A stretch of 64,000 nt of DNA from Nitrospirota bacterium (lineage in GTDB: Bacteria; Nitrospirota; UBA9217): NCBI GenBank assembly GCA_963740085.1, contig CAVUCU010000004.1, forward strand, positions 192,001 through 256,000. Reading direction: 5' to 3'. How positions within the stretch are numbered: the first letter of the stretch is position 1; each line of letters starts with the position of its first letter. Under the pieces are notes generated by a model. That model was given only the letters and a program-made list of their open reading frames with translations, did no database searches and was not told the DNA's origin. The position numbers and the translations under genes are program-made. Below, one piece after another: positions 1-8,820 of the stretch.

Positions 1-94
1 AGTTGCCGTAGCTGCAGCCGGAAATGGCCAGGAGACAGGATGCGAGGATGAGGATAAGTCGATGGAGCGCGGAGCTGAGACCATGATGAGACAT
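1..94 (-). CDS. 5' end of a putative lipoprotein, runs off the window edge
   Basis: Manual translation MSHHGLSSALHRLILILASCLLAISGCSYGN; hydrophobic stretch and lipobox-like ISGC; AAGGAG upstream; directly downstream of the helicase. Confidence 0.6.
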   Translation of the reverse strand, partial: MSHHGLSSALHRLILILASCLLAISGCSYGN

Positions 95-129
95 CTCGGG
101 TTACGATCTCCTTTGCAAGAGTCGGTTTG

Positions 130-1386
130 TCACCGTCTGCCTCTCGACTGGGAACGGCGCTGACCGGAGGGGCGAGAGGACGTCTGACGGACCTGACGGG
201 CCTTGTCTGCAGTGAGTTTTTCTTCTGCCGTTCTTCTGATCTCCCGGACGTACATGCTGTCTGCCGCCCAATCCACCGGGATCTTCTGCCCGATAAACTG
301 CTCGATCTCTTCAAGAGAATACACGTATTCTTCGTCCGCGAGGCTGACCGCCTTGCCGTTCAAACCGGCGCGGCCTGTGCGGCCGATGCGATGCACATAG
401 TCCTCGGCATCCTGGGGGAGATCGTAGTTGATCACGTGGGTCACGCTTTCGACGTGGATGCCCCGGCTCGCCACATCAGTGGCCACGAGGATGGGGAGCT
501 TGCCCTCCTTGAAATCCGCCAGTATCCGGAGCCGTTTTTTCTGCTCTATTTCGCCGGTTATCGCCTGTGCCTTCCAGTTGTTACGGTTCAGTCGCTCGAC
601 AACCATTTCGGCCGCGCGCCGGGTGTTCACGAATATGATCGCGCGGTCCGGCGCCTCCTTCTTGAGGATGCCGAGCAGGAGGGGTATCTTCTCATGCTTT
701 CCAACGTGGTAAAGTACCTGTTCCACCTGCTCAACCGTGACCTTTTCCGGCGTGATCGAGATCTTTTCAGGAAGGTTCATGTGCTCGTAGGCGAGCTCCA
801 TTACGCGGTAGGAGAGCGTGGCGGAGAAGAGCATGGATTGCCGCTTGGTGTAGGGCTGCATCTTCTTGATGATAAAACGCAGATCGTCGATGAACCCCAT
901 GTCGAACATGCGGTCCGCCTCGTCGATGACCAGGTAGCGCGTCTTCTTGAGGCTGTACACATGCTGCTTATAGTAGTCGATGAGCCTGCCAGGCGTTCCG
1001 ACAAGCACGTCGACGCCTTTCCTGAGCGTGTCCATCTGTTTCTGGTAGTCGATGCCGCCGTACACGGCGAGAAGGCGGAAGCCGGTGAATTTTCCGAGCC
1101 GTGCGGCTTCATGGTAGATCTGGTCGGCGAGCTCGCGCGTGGGTGCGATGATCAATGCCTGGGGAGAGTCCGCAAGGTCCACTGCGGGATTTTTGATCAT
1201 GCGGGAAAAAAGCGAGATGAGAAAGGCCGCGGTCTTTCCCGTGCCGGTTTGCGCCTGAGCAGCAACGTCTTCTCCGCGCAGAGCCCGCGGGATCACCGCT
1301 TCCTGTACCGGTGTGCATATGGTAAATCCTATATGCTCGATCCCTTGTTTAACTTCATAGGGTACGTCCAATTCGTTAAAGTTCAT
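130..1386 (-). CDS. DEAD-box ATP-dependent RNA helicase (RhlB/RhlE-like)
   Basis: Q motif, AQTGTGKT, PTRELA, TPGR, DEAD, SAT and HRIGRTGRAG motifs. Confidence 0.95.
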   Translation of the reverse strand: MNFNELDVPYEVKQGIEHIGFTICTPVQEAVIPRALRGEDVAAQAQTGTGKTAAFLISLFSRMIKNPAVDLADSPQALIIAPTRELADQIYHEAARLGKFTGFRLLAVYGGIDYQKQMDTLRKGVDVLVGTPGRLIDYYKQHVYSLKKTRYLVIDEADRMFDMGFIDDLRFIIKKMQPYTKRQSMLFSATLSYRVMELAYEHMNLPEKISITPEKVTVEQVEQVLYHVGKHEKIPLLLGILKKEAPDRAIIFVNTRRAAEMVVERLNRNNWKAQAITGEIEQKKRLRILADFKEGKLPILVATDVASRGIHVESVTHVINYDLPQDAEDYVHRIGRTGRAGLNGKAVSLADEEYVYSLEEIEQFIGQKIPVDWAADSMYVREIRRTAEEKLTADKARQVRQTSSRPSGQRRSQSRGRR

Positions 1387-1865
1387 GCATCTCCCATCTC
1401 GGTCGCGGACATTTTGTCAACGAATTATCCCATGCAGTATACCATAAACAGCGTCACGAGAGAAAGGGAAATTATGAAAGATCCTCATCATGAGCTTCTC
1501 ACTGTTTAACCGGATGGACTTATTGACGGCATTCCTTTTTCGAAAAACAGGTCACCGGATGATCGAGGATTTCGTTACTCCTGTATCCTTGCGAGGGACG
1601 ACACGGCATATTGCGGTCACCGTGAAGAAGAAGAGCGGTTGTTTACGCGGTAAATATCCTTAAGGAATCAAGATTGGGATCGTGAAACGTTTTTTTTCTC
1701 CGTCTCGTGATATTTTTCAGCGCAGAGTCTGCGCTGAATGCAAAACCATTTAAAATGGTATTTTAGCCGTTTATACTAGTTAATATGGTGTTAATATTTT
1801 ATATGTGGATTTAACTGTTGATAAATTGTCTAACATACGGAAACATAATTTCTTTTATTTTCTTG

Positions 1866-1900
1866 TTGACAAAACATACACTCTTATAGTATATTTTGTC
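1866..1900 (+). promoter_or_regulatory. sigma70-type promoter overlapped by an inverted-repeat operator
   Basis: TTGACA (1866-1871), 18 nt, TATATT (1890-1895); arms GACAAAACATAC (1868-1879) and GTATATTTTGTC (1889-1900) are 11/12 complementary; GAGGTG RBS before GTG 1918. Confidence 0.7.
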
Positions 1901-1917
1901 TACGAGGTGAATAAAAC

Positions 1918-2484
1918 GTGCTGACAAAACTCTTCTCTTCGACCAGAGCGGAGCTTTTAGGCCTGTTCTTTAATAATCCTGATGATCGCTTCTATTTGAG
2001 AGAGATAGCGCGCCATATCGGAAAAGATGCGGCGGGGATTAAACGGGAGCTCGACAAGCTGGTAAAAATAGGGCTTCTGGCAATAGAGAAACGAGGCGTT
2101 CAGAAGTACTATTTCGCAAATAAGAACTCTCCAATCTTCTCGGAGATGAAAGGGCTGATCTTTAAAACCACGGGAGTGCAGGGTGCCATGAAGACCTCGC
2201 TTTCCCGACTGAAAGGGGTCAAGACGGCATTTATCTACGGGTCCTATGCCAAGGGGGCTGAAAAAGAGGACAGCAACATTAACCTCATGGTTGTCGGCCA
2301 GGCGAACATCACGGAACTAAACGATATGGTCATGGGTCTTGAGGAGAAGTTGAAACGGGACATTGATTACCTTGTCTTCGATGAACAGGAATATAAAAAG
2401 CGCAAGGAGTTAAGGGATCCCTTTATTCGGGAATTATTGAAGGGTAAAAAGATTTTCCTGATAGGTAAGGAAGATGAACTATAA
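1918..2484 (+). CDS. Winged-helix + minimal nucleotidyltransferase (MNT) protein with degenerate active site
   Basis: N-terminal wHTH (YLREIAR...IKRELDKL); MNT motif reads FIYGSYAKG...DSNINL instead of SDID. Confidence 0.85.
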   Translation: MLTKLFSSTRAELLGLFFNNPDDRFYLREIARHIGKDAAGIKRELDKLVKIGLLAIEKRGVQKYYFANKNSPIFSEMKGLIFKTTGVQGAMKTSLSRLKGVKTAFIYGSYAKGAEKEDSNINLMVVGQANITELNDMVMGLEEKLKRDIDYLVFDEQEYKKRKELRDPFIRELLKGKKIFLIGKEDEL

Positions 2485-2959
2485 AGAGCTCAAAGAAATG
2501 GGGATTGTCGAGGAGCGTACCGCTGATATCGCCGAGGTCATCGCCCTGGTGACAAGGGCGGAACGGGACCTGGCAACGAGCAGGGTCTTGTATGATAAAG
2601 ATGAAGAGTGGGCTTTTGCGGCCGCTTACCAGGCCATGGCCCGTTCAGGAAAGGCGCTTATCCTGTCTGAGGGATTGAGAACCAGGGGTGTCCGCGGCAG
2701 GGATGCTCAAAAGACCGTGGTGACGGCAGCGGGCGTCATCCTGGGCGAACAGTACAAGAGTCTGATCAATAAATTCGACCGAATGAGAAGGAAGTATCAG
2801 AGCTTTGTCGAGGATGCCGGCAGGATCATCTCACGATACGAGGCGGGGCAGGCGATCAAGGACGCAGAAGAATTTATTGCCCTCGTGAACGGACGGATCC
2901 GCGAGAAGTATTCACAGATGTCACTGCTGAATGATGTTCCTCAGCTTGTTTCAAGATAA
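2474..2959 (+). CDS. HEPN-domain protein with degenerate RNase motif
   Basis: AERDL...WAFAAAYQAM pattern typical of MNT-associated HEPN; FDRMRRKYQSFVED lacks the Rx4-6H signature; overlaps the MNT gene. Confidence 0.75.
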   Translation: MNYKELKEMGIVEERTADIAEVIALVTRAERDLATSRVLYDKDEEWAFAAAYQAMARSGKALILSEGLRTRGVRGRDAQKTVVTAAGVILGEQYKSLINKFDRMRRKYQSFVEDAGRIISRYEAGQAIKDAEEFIALVNGRIREKYSQMSLLNDVPQLVSR

Positions 2960-3007
2960 GGCCGCTTGGGTCAAAAACGCGGTATGCCGAAAGGGGGTGG
3001 GCAAATA

Positions 3008-3073
3008 ATGGCAGCTAAGAAGAAAGCAGCTAAGAAGAAAGCGACCAAGAAGAAAGCAACCAAGAAGAAGTAG
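3008..3073 (+). CDS. 21-aa Lys/Ala-rich micro-protein MAAKKKAAKKKATKKKATKKK
   Basis: AAGGGGGTG RBS upstream, ATG...TAG, 15-nt coding periodicity with synonymous variation; too short for the ORF track. Confidence 0.7.
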   Translation: MAAKKKAAKKKATKKKATKKK

Positions 3074-3083
3074 CTTTTTTTGA

Positions 3084-3125
3084 AGTCCCTGGAGTGGGAC
3101 TGCCGGGGGCATGAATGCCCCCGGC
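3084..3125 (+). other. Two stem-loops between the micro-ORFs
   Basis: AGTCCC-TGGAGT-GGGACT and GCCGGGGGCA-TGAA-TGCCCCCGGC. Confidence 0.5.
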
Positions 3126-3221
3126 GTATTTACTGCAAGCGATTGTGCTGCCGGCATGTCCGGCCTCATGCATCTTTTTATAATGGGTCGATTTCCTGCG
3201 AGTGAAAGGGGGTGAAAATCC

Positions 3222-3281
3222 ATGGCTGCAAAGAAGAAGGCCCCGGCAAAGAAGGCGAAAAAGACGACCAAAAAGAAATAA
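3222..3281 (+). CDS. 19-aa Lys/Ala-rich micro-protein MAAKKKAPAKKAKKTTKKK
   Basis: Same AAGGGGGTG RBS and same MAAKKKA start as 3008-3073 with different codons; ATG...TAA. Confidence 0.7.
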   Translation: MAAKKKAPAKKAKKTTKKK

Positions 3282-3324
3282 GGTGATAGATGGAGATTCA
3301 TTATTATTAATGATTGAAACTCTG

Positions 3325-3355
3325 CCACGAAGAAAATCTTCGTGGTTTTGTTTTT
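3325..3355 (+). terminator. Rho-independent terminator
   Basis: CCACGAAGA-AAA-TCTTCGTGG followed by TTTTGTTTTT. Confidence 0.75.
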
Positions 3356-3893
3356 CCACAAGAAGACGAGCATGTTTTCCTTTATTAAAACAGATGCAAT
3401 ATATACTGACACTGTTCTGTCCCTCACCCCCTCGTCATTGCGGCTCGACTGAGCGAGTCGAAATCTCAATGCAGCGTTATTCTCTCCCCGGTGGCGAGAG
3501 GGGAATTCCGCAGGAACGCAGCAATTATTGCTGATCTCATTAAAAGTCATGATCGAGCGCCGGGACACGGAGAATGCCCTTTGAAACAATATGGATTTTT
3601 TCTGCGCCCTCCGGGCCTCTGCGGTAAAATTTGACTCATTGCGAATGGAGCCGTTATTCTTTTTTCTATTATTTCCTTTGTAATAGGTCCGGGATGGGCG
3701 CATCGGCCGGGGATGAAACTAAGAGGGACATTTACACATGGAAGCCCCGGATTTATCATGGGATAAAAACGGATGAAAAAAGAGTCAATATTCGTTATAA
3801 TCCGTCAGCCAAAGGGTAAACTGCATTCCCGGAATAAAGACGACCTTATCCGGGTCTTCTCTGCGTTAATCCGCGGCAATTTCTTTTTAACTC

Positions 3894-4232
3894 ATGACGG
3901 TATCAATGCGTAAACGCAACTATTTAAAGACAGAGCGGAGTTCCCGGAGAGCCCGTTGGAAAGCGCCCCTTATTGCCGCAGGCGTTCTCCTCGTGCTCTA
4001 CTTTCTGGTCACGCGCGTCATGGGTGAGATGGGAGTGGTAAAATACTATCGGATGAAGGCTCAATACACCGCACTGACGAATGATATCGCCAAACTCAAG
4101 CAGGACAACGGCAAACTCAGGAAGGAAGTCTTCTCTCTCAAAAGCGATTCCGCCTATCTCGAAAGGGTGGCCCGTGATAAACTGGGGCTTGCGCGTCCGG
4201 GAGAGATAGTGTACTATTACGGTGAACCGTGA
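3894..4232 (+). CDS. ftsB: Septum formation initiator FtsB/DivIC
   Basis: Single TM, coiled coil, YLERVARDKLGLARPGEIVY signature. Confidence 0.85.
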   Translation: MTVSMRKRNYLKTERSSRRARWKAPLIAAGVLLVLYFLVTRVMGEMGVVKYYRMKAQYTALTNDIAKLKQDNGKLRKEVFSLKSDSAYLERVARDKLGLARPGEIVYYYGEP

Positions 4233-4377
4233 GAGTTGCAAATCCGAATTTCTCATCCCCAAAATTCCAACCGCAGGACCGGAATTCAAATGATGAAATC
4301 TGTTTTCTGCCCGGTTCGTCGGGATGTTGAACGCTGGGAACCTTGGACTACTCATTTGACTTCGTCTGTATGTATCT

Positions 4378-6582
4378 ATGTCTGACCATCCTCTCTATAT
4401 AGCCTTCGTCTGGCACATGCACCAGCCTTACTATAAGGACGACAACACAGGTTCCTATATCCTGCCCTGGGTGCGATTGCACGGAATCAAGGACTACTAC
4501 GACATGCCGGCCCTTCTGAACGATTTCCCCGATATTCACCAGACGTTCAATCTTGTTCCTTCCCTGCTCAAGCAGATTCAGGACTATGTGGAGAATAATG
4601 CCCGGGACAAGTCTCTTAGCCTGACGCTCAAGCCGGCCTCGGAACTTGATCAAGACGATAAAATGTATCTGCTGAGGAACTTTTTCATGGCAAACTGGGA
4701 CACCATGATCAGGCCTTATCCCGCCTACTGGCAGCTGCTCGACCGCAGGGGCTACAGTGTTTCACCGAATGACCTAATAAACGCTACTCGCTACTACACC
4801 ACCCGGGACTATCTCGATCTCCAGGTCTGGTTCAATCTCACCTGGTTCGATCCGCTTTTTATTAACAAAGACCCGTTCCTCAAGGGGTTGGTGAAGAAGG
4901 GATCGGGCTTCACCGAGAATGAGAAGGCGCTTCTCATCCAGAAGCAGCATGAGGTCATGGCGCTCATCATCCCCGAGTACAGGCGGCTCGCCGGGATCGG
5001 CAGGATAGAGCTTACGACCACACCCTTTTATCACCCGATCCTGCCGCTCCTCTACGACACTGATCTTGCGAAGGCCGCAATTCCCGATATTCATCTCCCG
5101 GTCAACCGTTTTTCGCATCCTGAGGACGCCAAGGTCCAGATCGACAGGGCGATGGCCTACCACGAGAAGCTCTTCGGTTCAAGGCCCAGGGGCATGTGGC
5201 CTTCCGAGGGCGCGGTGGCCGAGGAAATCGTGCCGCTCCTTGCCGACGCAGGGATCCAGTGGATCGGCACGGACGAGGGAGTGCTTGCCCGTTCGCTCGG
5301 CATCCACATCGATCGCGATTTCGACGGCGTCATGAAAAATCCAGAGGTGCTTTACAAACCCTACCGTGTGGGCAAAGGCGATAAACGCCTTTCCATCGTG
5401 TTTCGGGACCACACCCTCTCCGACCTTATTGGTTTTGTGTATTCCAAATGGGACACCAAGAACGCTGTTCATGATCTGGTCGATCGCCTGCATCGCGTGC
5501 GACGCGGACTTTCTGACGGGCCACACCTGGTCTCGATCATTCTGGACGGCGAGAACGCATGGGAATATTACCAGAATGACGGCAGGGATTTCTTCCTCAG
5601 GCTCTATGAACGGCTCAGCGGCGAGCAGGGTCTCCGGTGCGTGACTGTCGGAGAATACCTCAAGTTGAATCCCGCACAGACGAACATTGAACATCTCCAT
5701 GCAGGCTCGTGGATCAATGCGAATTATCGCATCTGGATCGGTCACGAGGAGGACAACCGGGCATGGGACCTCCTCACGCAAACGCGTGAGGCGCTGACGG
5801 AGTATGCGTCCCGGGACGGCGATGCGGACAGGATCTCGAGGGCATGGGAGGAGATCTACATCGCTGAAGGGAGCGACTGGTGCTGGTGGTACGGCGACGA
5901 CCACTTCTCCGAGAACGATGAGGAGTTTGACCTTCTCTATAGAACACATTTAATGAACGTTTACCGCATCCTCGGCCTTGATGTACCCGACGAACTTCAG
6001 ATATCGATCCTTCGCGAGGACAGGCAGGCGCTGCCGACGGTGGAGCTTACAGCATTTATCACGCCGACCATCGACGGCCAGATCACGAATTACTTTGAAT
6101 GGCTGCCCGCGGGTTTCTATGATGTGAGCCAGGGAGGAGGGGCCATGCACCGCGGTGCGTCCATTATTACGCACATCTACTACGGCTTCGACCTCAAAAA
6201 CATGTTCATACGCCTCGACCCGAGCGGAGATCTCAGGGAAGAAAAGGTCGCCGATCTGGCGTTCTTCGTCAATTTTCTGGATCCCAAGGGCTTTGACGTG
6301 GAAATGCGTGTTGTTCCGCACGATCGACGGGTCAGCGCAGCGCTTTCCCGCGGTCAGAGCGGCGCCCGGCGCCAGATCGCCGTGATACACACCGTTGCCG
6401 CGAACGAGATCATTGAACTCGCCGTGCCCTTCGACCTGCTCGGTGTAAAGCCGAACGATGAGATACATTTTTTTGTCACGGTTGAGCGCTCGGGTTCGGA
6501 GGTGGAAAAGTGGCCTTCCCGCGGGTATATCCAGTTCAAGGTACCGACCGACGATTTCGAGGCGACGATGTGGCAGGTGTAG
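4378..6582 (+). CDS. Glycoside hydrolase family 57 (amylopullulanase-like)
   Basis: WHMHQP, HPILPLL, GMWPSE, LDGENAWE and AEGSDWCWW motifs. Confidence 0.92.
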   Translation: MSDHPLYIAFVWHMHQPYYKDDNTGSYILPWVRLHGIKDYYDMPALLNDFPDIHQTFNLVPSLLKQIQDYVENNARDKSLSLTLKPASELDQDDKMYLLRNFFMANWDTMIRPYPAYWQLLDRRGYSVSPNDLINATRYYTTRDYLDLQVWFNLTWFDPLFINKDPFLKGLVKKGSGFTENEKALLIQKQHEVMALIIPEYRRLAGIGRIELTTTPFYHPILPLLYDTDLAKAAIPDIHLPVNRFSHPEDAKVQIDRAMAYHEKLFGSRPRGMWPSEGAVAEEIVPLLADAGIQWIGTDEGVLARSLGIHIDRDFDGVMKNPEVLYKPYRVGKGDKRLSIVFRDHTLSDLIGFVYSKWDTKNAVHDLVDRLHRVRRGLSDGPHLVSIILDGENAWEYYQNDGRDFFLRLYERLSGEQGLRCVTVGEYLKLNPAQTNIEHLHAGSWINANYRIWIGHEEDNRAWDLLTQTREALTEYASRDGDADRISRAWEEIYIAEGSDWCWWYGDDHFSENDEEFDLLYRTHLMNVYRILGLDVPDELQISILREDRQALPTVELTAFITPTIDGQITNYFEWLPAGFYDVSQGGGAMHRGASIITHIYYGFDLKNMFIRLDPSGDLREEKVADLAFFVNFLDPKGFDVEMRVVPHDRRVSAALSRGQSGARRQIAVIHTVAANEIIELAVPFDLLGVKPNDEIHFFVTVERSGSEVEKWPSRGYIQFKVPTDDFEATMWQV

Positions 6583-6817
6583 TCGTCAGGAACGGCACGG
6601 GGATCGCACAAGACAAACGCAGCATTTGAACCTGTTACGCGCTTGCCCCTCAACCCCGCGTCACTGGTCAGGAACAGTCCTCATCCTTTCCCGTGAGGAG
6701 AGGCGGGTCCCGCAGGAATTCGCGGGAACACGGGCCCGACCTTTCAATGATGACCTTTCCCTCTGCAATGGAATGCCAACAGGAACGGGCTCCCGTCACC
6801 GTAATCCGTTTTAATAA

Positions 6818-6846
6818 TTGACTTCCACCACTCACCTTGTTAATAT
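6818..6846 (+). promoter_or_regulatory. sigma70 promoter of the T2SS-like operon
   Basis: TTGACT-17 nt-TAATAT with TG at the extended -10 position. Confidence 0.6.
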
Positions 6847-6854
6847 ACGCATTA

Positions 6855-7781
6855 ATGTTAGGAGTTTTTGCGAGAAAGCCCCGGCTGGGGATCGAGATAA
6901 CTGCCACGGCGGTGAGGGTTGCGGTGTTATCGGGTTTCGGTGCGAACCTTTCCGTATTGTTTACGAAGACGGTTGATGTCCCTGACGGGGTGGTGAGCGA
7001 GGCTTACGCATCACTGAACGTTGTCGACCGGTCACGTTTGAGCGCCGTGCTGCAGGAGGGACTGAACGGTGTGCCGGCAGGCATCCGCCGGGCCGGCTTG
7101 AGCCTTCCTGACAGTGTGTTCCGCGTACAGATGATCGAATTCGATGAGCTTCCGGGAAAGGACGAGGACCGGCAACGGCTGATCCACTGGCGGCTCGAGA
7201 AGGGGGCCGCCTTTGATATTGCCGATACGGTCCTCCGGTATCAGGTACGCGGACGGCAGGACAACGGGTTCACCGTACTGTCCTGTGTTGCCAAGCAGTC
7301 CGTGATCGCGCAGTATGAGACGCTCTTTACCGAACTGGGACTTGAGCCATGGGCCATTGGTCCTTCGTCATTTTATACCTTCAGCTTTTATTCTTCGTAT
7401 CTCGCGAAAAAATCCGCAGTCTCGGCACTGACTCACCTTTCCAAGGATTCCTTTGCTACGATCATTATGGAACATGGCGGGGTGAGGTTTTACCGTTACA
7501 AGGACGTGAAGCGGACCAGCACGGAGGATATCCGCGATAAACTCATGCGGGAGATCGACGATTCGCTCCATTTCTATGCCCATATGGACCGCTTGCAGCA
7601 GTCCGAGGTCAAGGACCTCTATCTCACCGGTGAGTCCGATGTGTCCGCTGATCTGGTCGGAGCTCTCAGGACCGTGATGTCGCTCAACGTGGAGGTGCTT
7701 TCGCCCGCAGATTCCGCCCTGCCCGGTGTAAACATCGGACCGGAGATGACCGCAGCGTTGGGCGCCGGGAGCGCTCCATGA
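6855..7781 (+). CDS. PilM/GspL-like actin-fold assembly protein
   Basis: LGIEIT start motif, LSLPD, LYLTGE; first gene of an M-N-O-P-secretin run. Confidence 0.8.
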   Translation: MLGVFARKPRLGIEITATAVRVAVLSGFGANLSVLFTKTVDVPDGVVSEAYASLNVVDRSRLSAVLQEGLNGVPAGIRRAGLSLPDSVFRVQMIEFDELPGKDEDRQRLIHWRLEKGAAFDIADTVLRYQVRGRQDNGFTVLSCVAKQSVIAQYETLFTELGLEPWAIGPSSFYTFSFYSSYLAKKSAVSALTHLSKDSFATIIMEHGGVRFYRYKDVKRTSTEDIRDKLMREIDDSLHFYAHMDRLQQSEVKDLYLTGESDVSADLVGALRTVMSLNVEVLSPADSALPGVNIGPEMTAALGAGSAP

Positions 7782-8323
7782 TCACGATCAACTTTGCGAG
7801 CAGGAATTACCGGCTTATCGAGCGGATCCGTTTCGGGCTGACCGTGGGGAGCATCCTCCTGATCGCGATAACGGTTGGAATGCTCTGGCTCTGCCTCTCC
7901 CTTCGCGCGAACATTTCTTCCATGGATAGAAAACTGGAGGAGCTTAAGGCGGCGGACGAACGGTTGCGGCCCGCGCTATTGGAGCGCGAACGGCTCGTAA
8001 AGGACCTGTCCGCCATGTCCGGCCTCATGGACGCGAGAAAAATTTCATGGACACGACTCCTGACGAGCGTTGAGGCTTCCGTGCCGGTGGGTGTTGCGCT
8101 CAAGCACGTGGAATTCGAGCCCAAGGACTCCACCCTGACACTGAACGGCAAGGCGCGGTCCCCTGAGTCGCTGCGCAATCTGGTTGTGGCGATGGAAAAG
8201 TCCTCGTCGTTCAAAGATCCATTTCTCAAACACCAGTCTCTGGAAAAGGGGAATATCTCATTCAATGTGGTTGCCGTCTATCGGGAAGACAGAAGTCGCG
8301 CCGTGGCTCAGGGAAAACGGTAA
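7778..8323 (+). CDS. PilN-like protein
   Basis: INFA start, TM, coiled coil, SWTRLL..VE..VP.GV PilN pattern; ATGA overlap. Confidence 0.8.
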   Translation: MITINFASRNYRLIERIRFGLTVGSILLIAITVGMLWLCLSLRANISSMDRKLEELKAADERLRPALLERERLVKDLSAMSGLMDARKISWTRLLTSVEASVPVGVALKHVEFEPKDSTLTLNGKARSPESLRNLVVAMEKSSSFKDPFLKHQSLEKGNISFNVVAVYREDRSRAVAQGKR

Positions 8324-8810
8324 GCAGCTAAGGACGTATGCGGTCGTATTCGCTGTCCTTGCCTGCATCAACCTGGCGCTGTATTTTTTTCTCATTGCTC
8401 CTTCTTCAGCCCGGCTGAAGGCAGGGGAGGGAAAGTTTGCCGAACTCAGGATGCGGCATGCCTCCGCCGTGTTGTTCAATGATCAGAAACCGCTGTTTGC
8501 CGATCTCCTGAACGGGATACCGGCGCAAAAAGACATGCCTCTGCTCGTAAAGGAACTTGAGCAGAAGGCGAAGAGACTGAACCTGGCCGTGGCCGCGGTC
8601 AATTACGACATCCCGCGGCGTGAGAGCGGGGAACTCGCCATGCTGTCATTTTCATTTCCCGTTGAGGGCAGGTATCCTGACATCAAACGATTCATCTACG
8701 AGGTGGAGACTTCCGGCCGGCTCATCGGGATACAGGACGTGGACCTGGCGTCGGACAAGGGAAGGATAAAGCTGCAGATGAAACTGATGACGTATGTGAG
8801 AGGGAACTAA
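8265..8810 (+). CDS. PilO/GspM-like protein (start uncertain)
   Basis: TM then FPVEGRYPDIKRFIYEVE PilO-like motif. Confidence 0.75.
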   Translation: MWLPSIGKTEVAPWLRENGKQLRTYAVVFAVLACINLALYFFLIAPSSARLKAGEGKFAELRMRHASAVLFNDQKPLFADLLNGIPAQKDMPLLVKELEQKAKRLNLAVAAVNYDIPRRESGELAMLSFSFPVEGRYPDIKRFIYEVETSGRLIGIQDVDLASDKGRIKLQMKLMTYVRGN

Positions 8811-8820
8811 GGCGTATCCG

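Noticed and set aside
127-1509. 460-aa + strand ORF
   Set aside because: Antisense shadow of the DEAD-box helicase, which has all the family motifs; long shadow ORFs are expected at high GC
2951-3703. 250-aa - strand ORF with an FFLVVFFAFFAG hydrophobic stretch
   Set aside because: The apparent TM is the reverse complement of the Lys-rich micro-ORFs, and the rest crosses repeat hairpins
6600-6800. Structured intergenic region as a possible 6S RNA or riboswitch
   Set aside because: Hairpins are present but no family consensus was recognised; partly resembles the REP-like element at 3421
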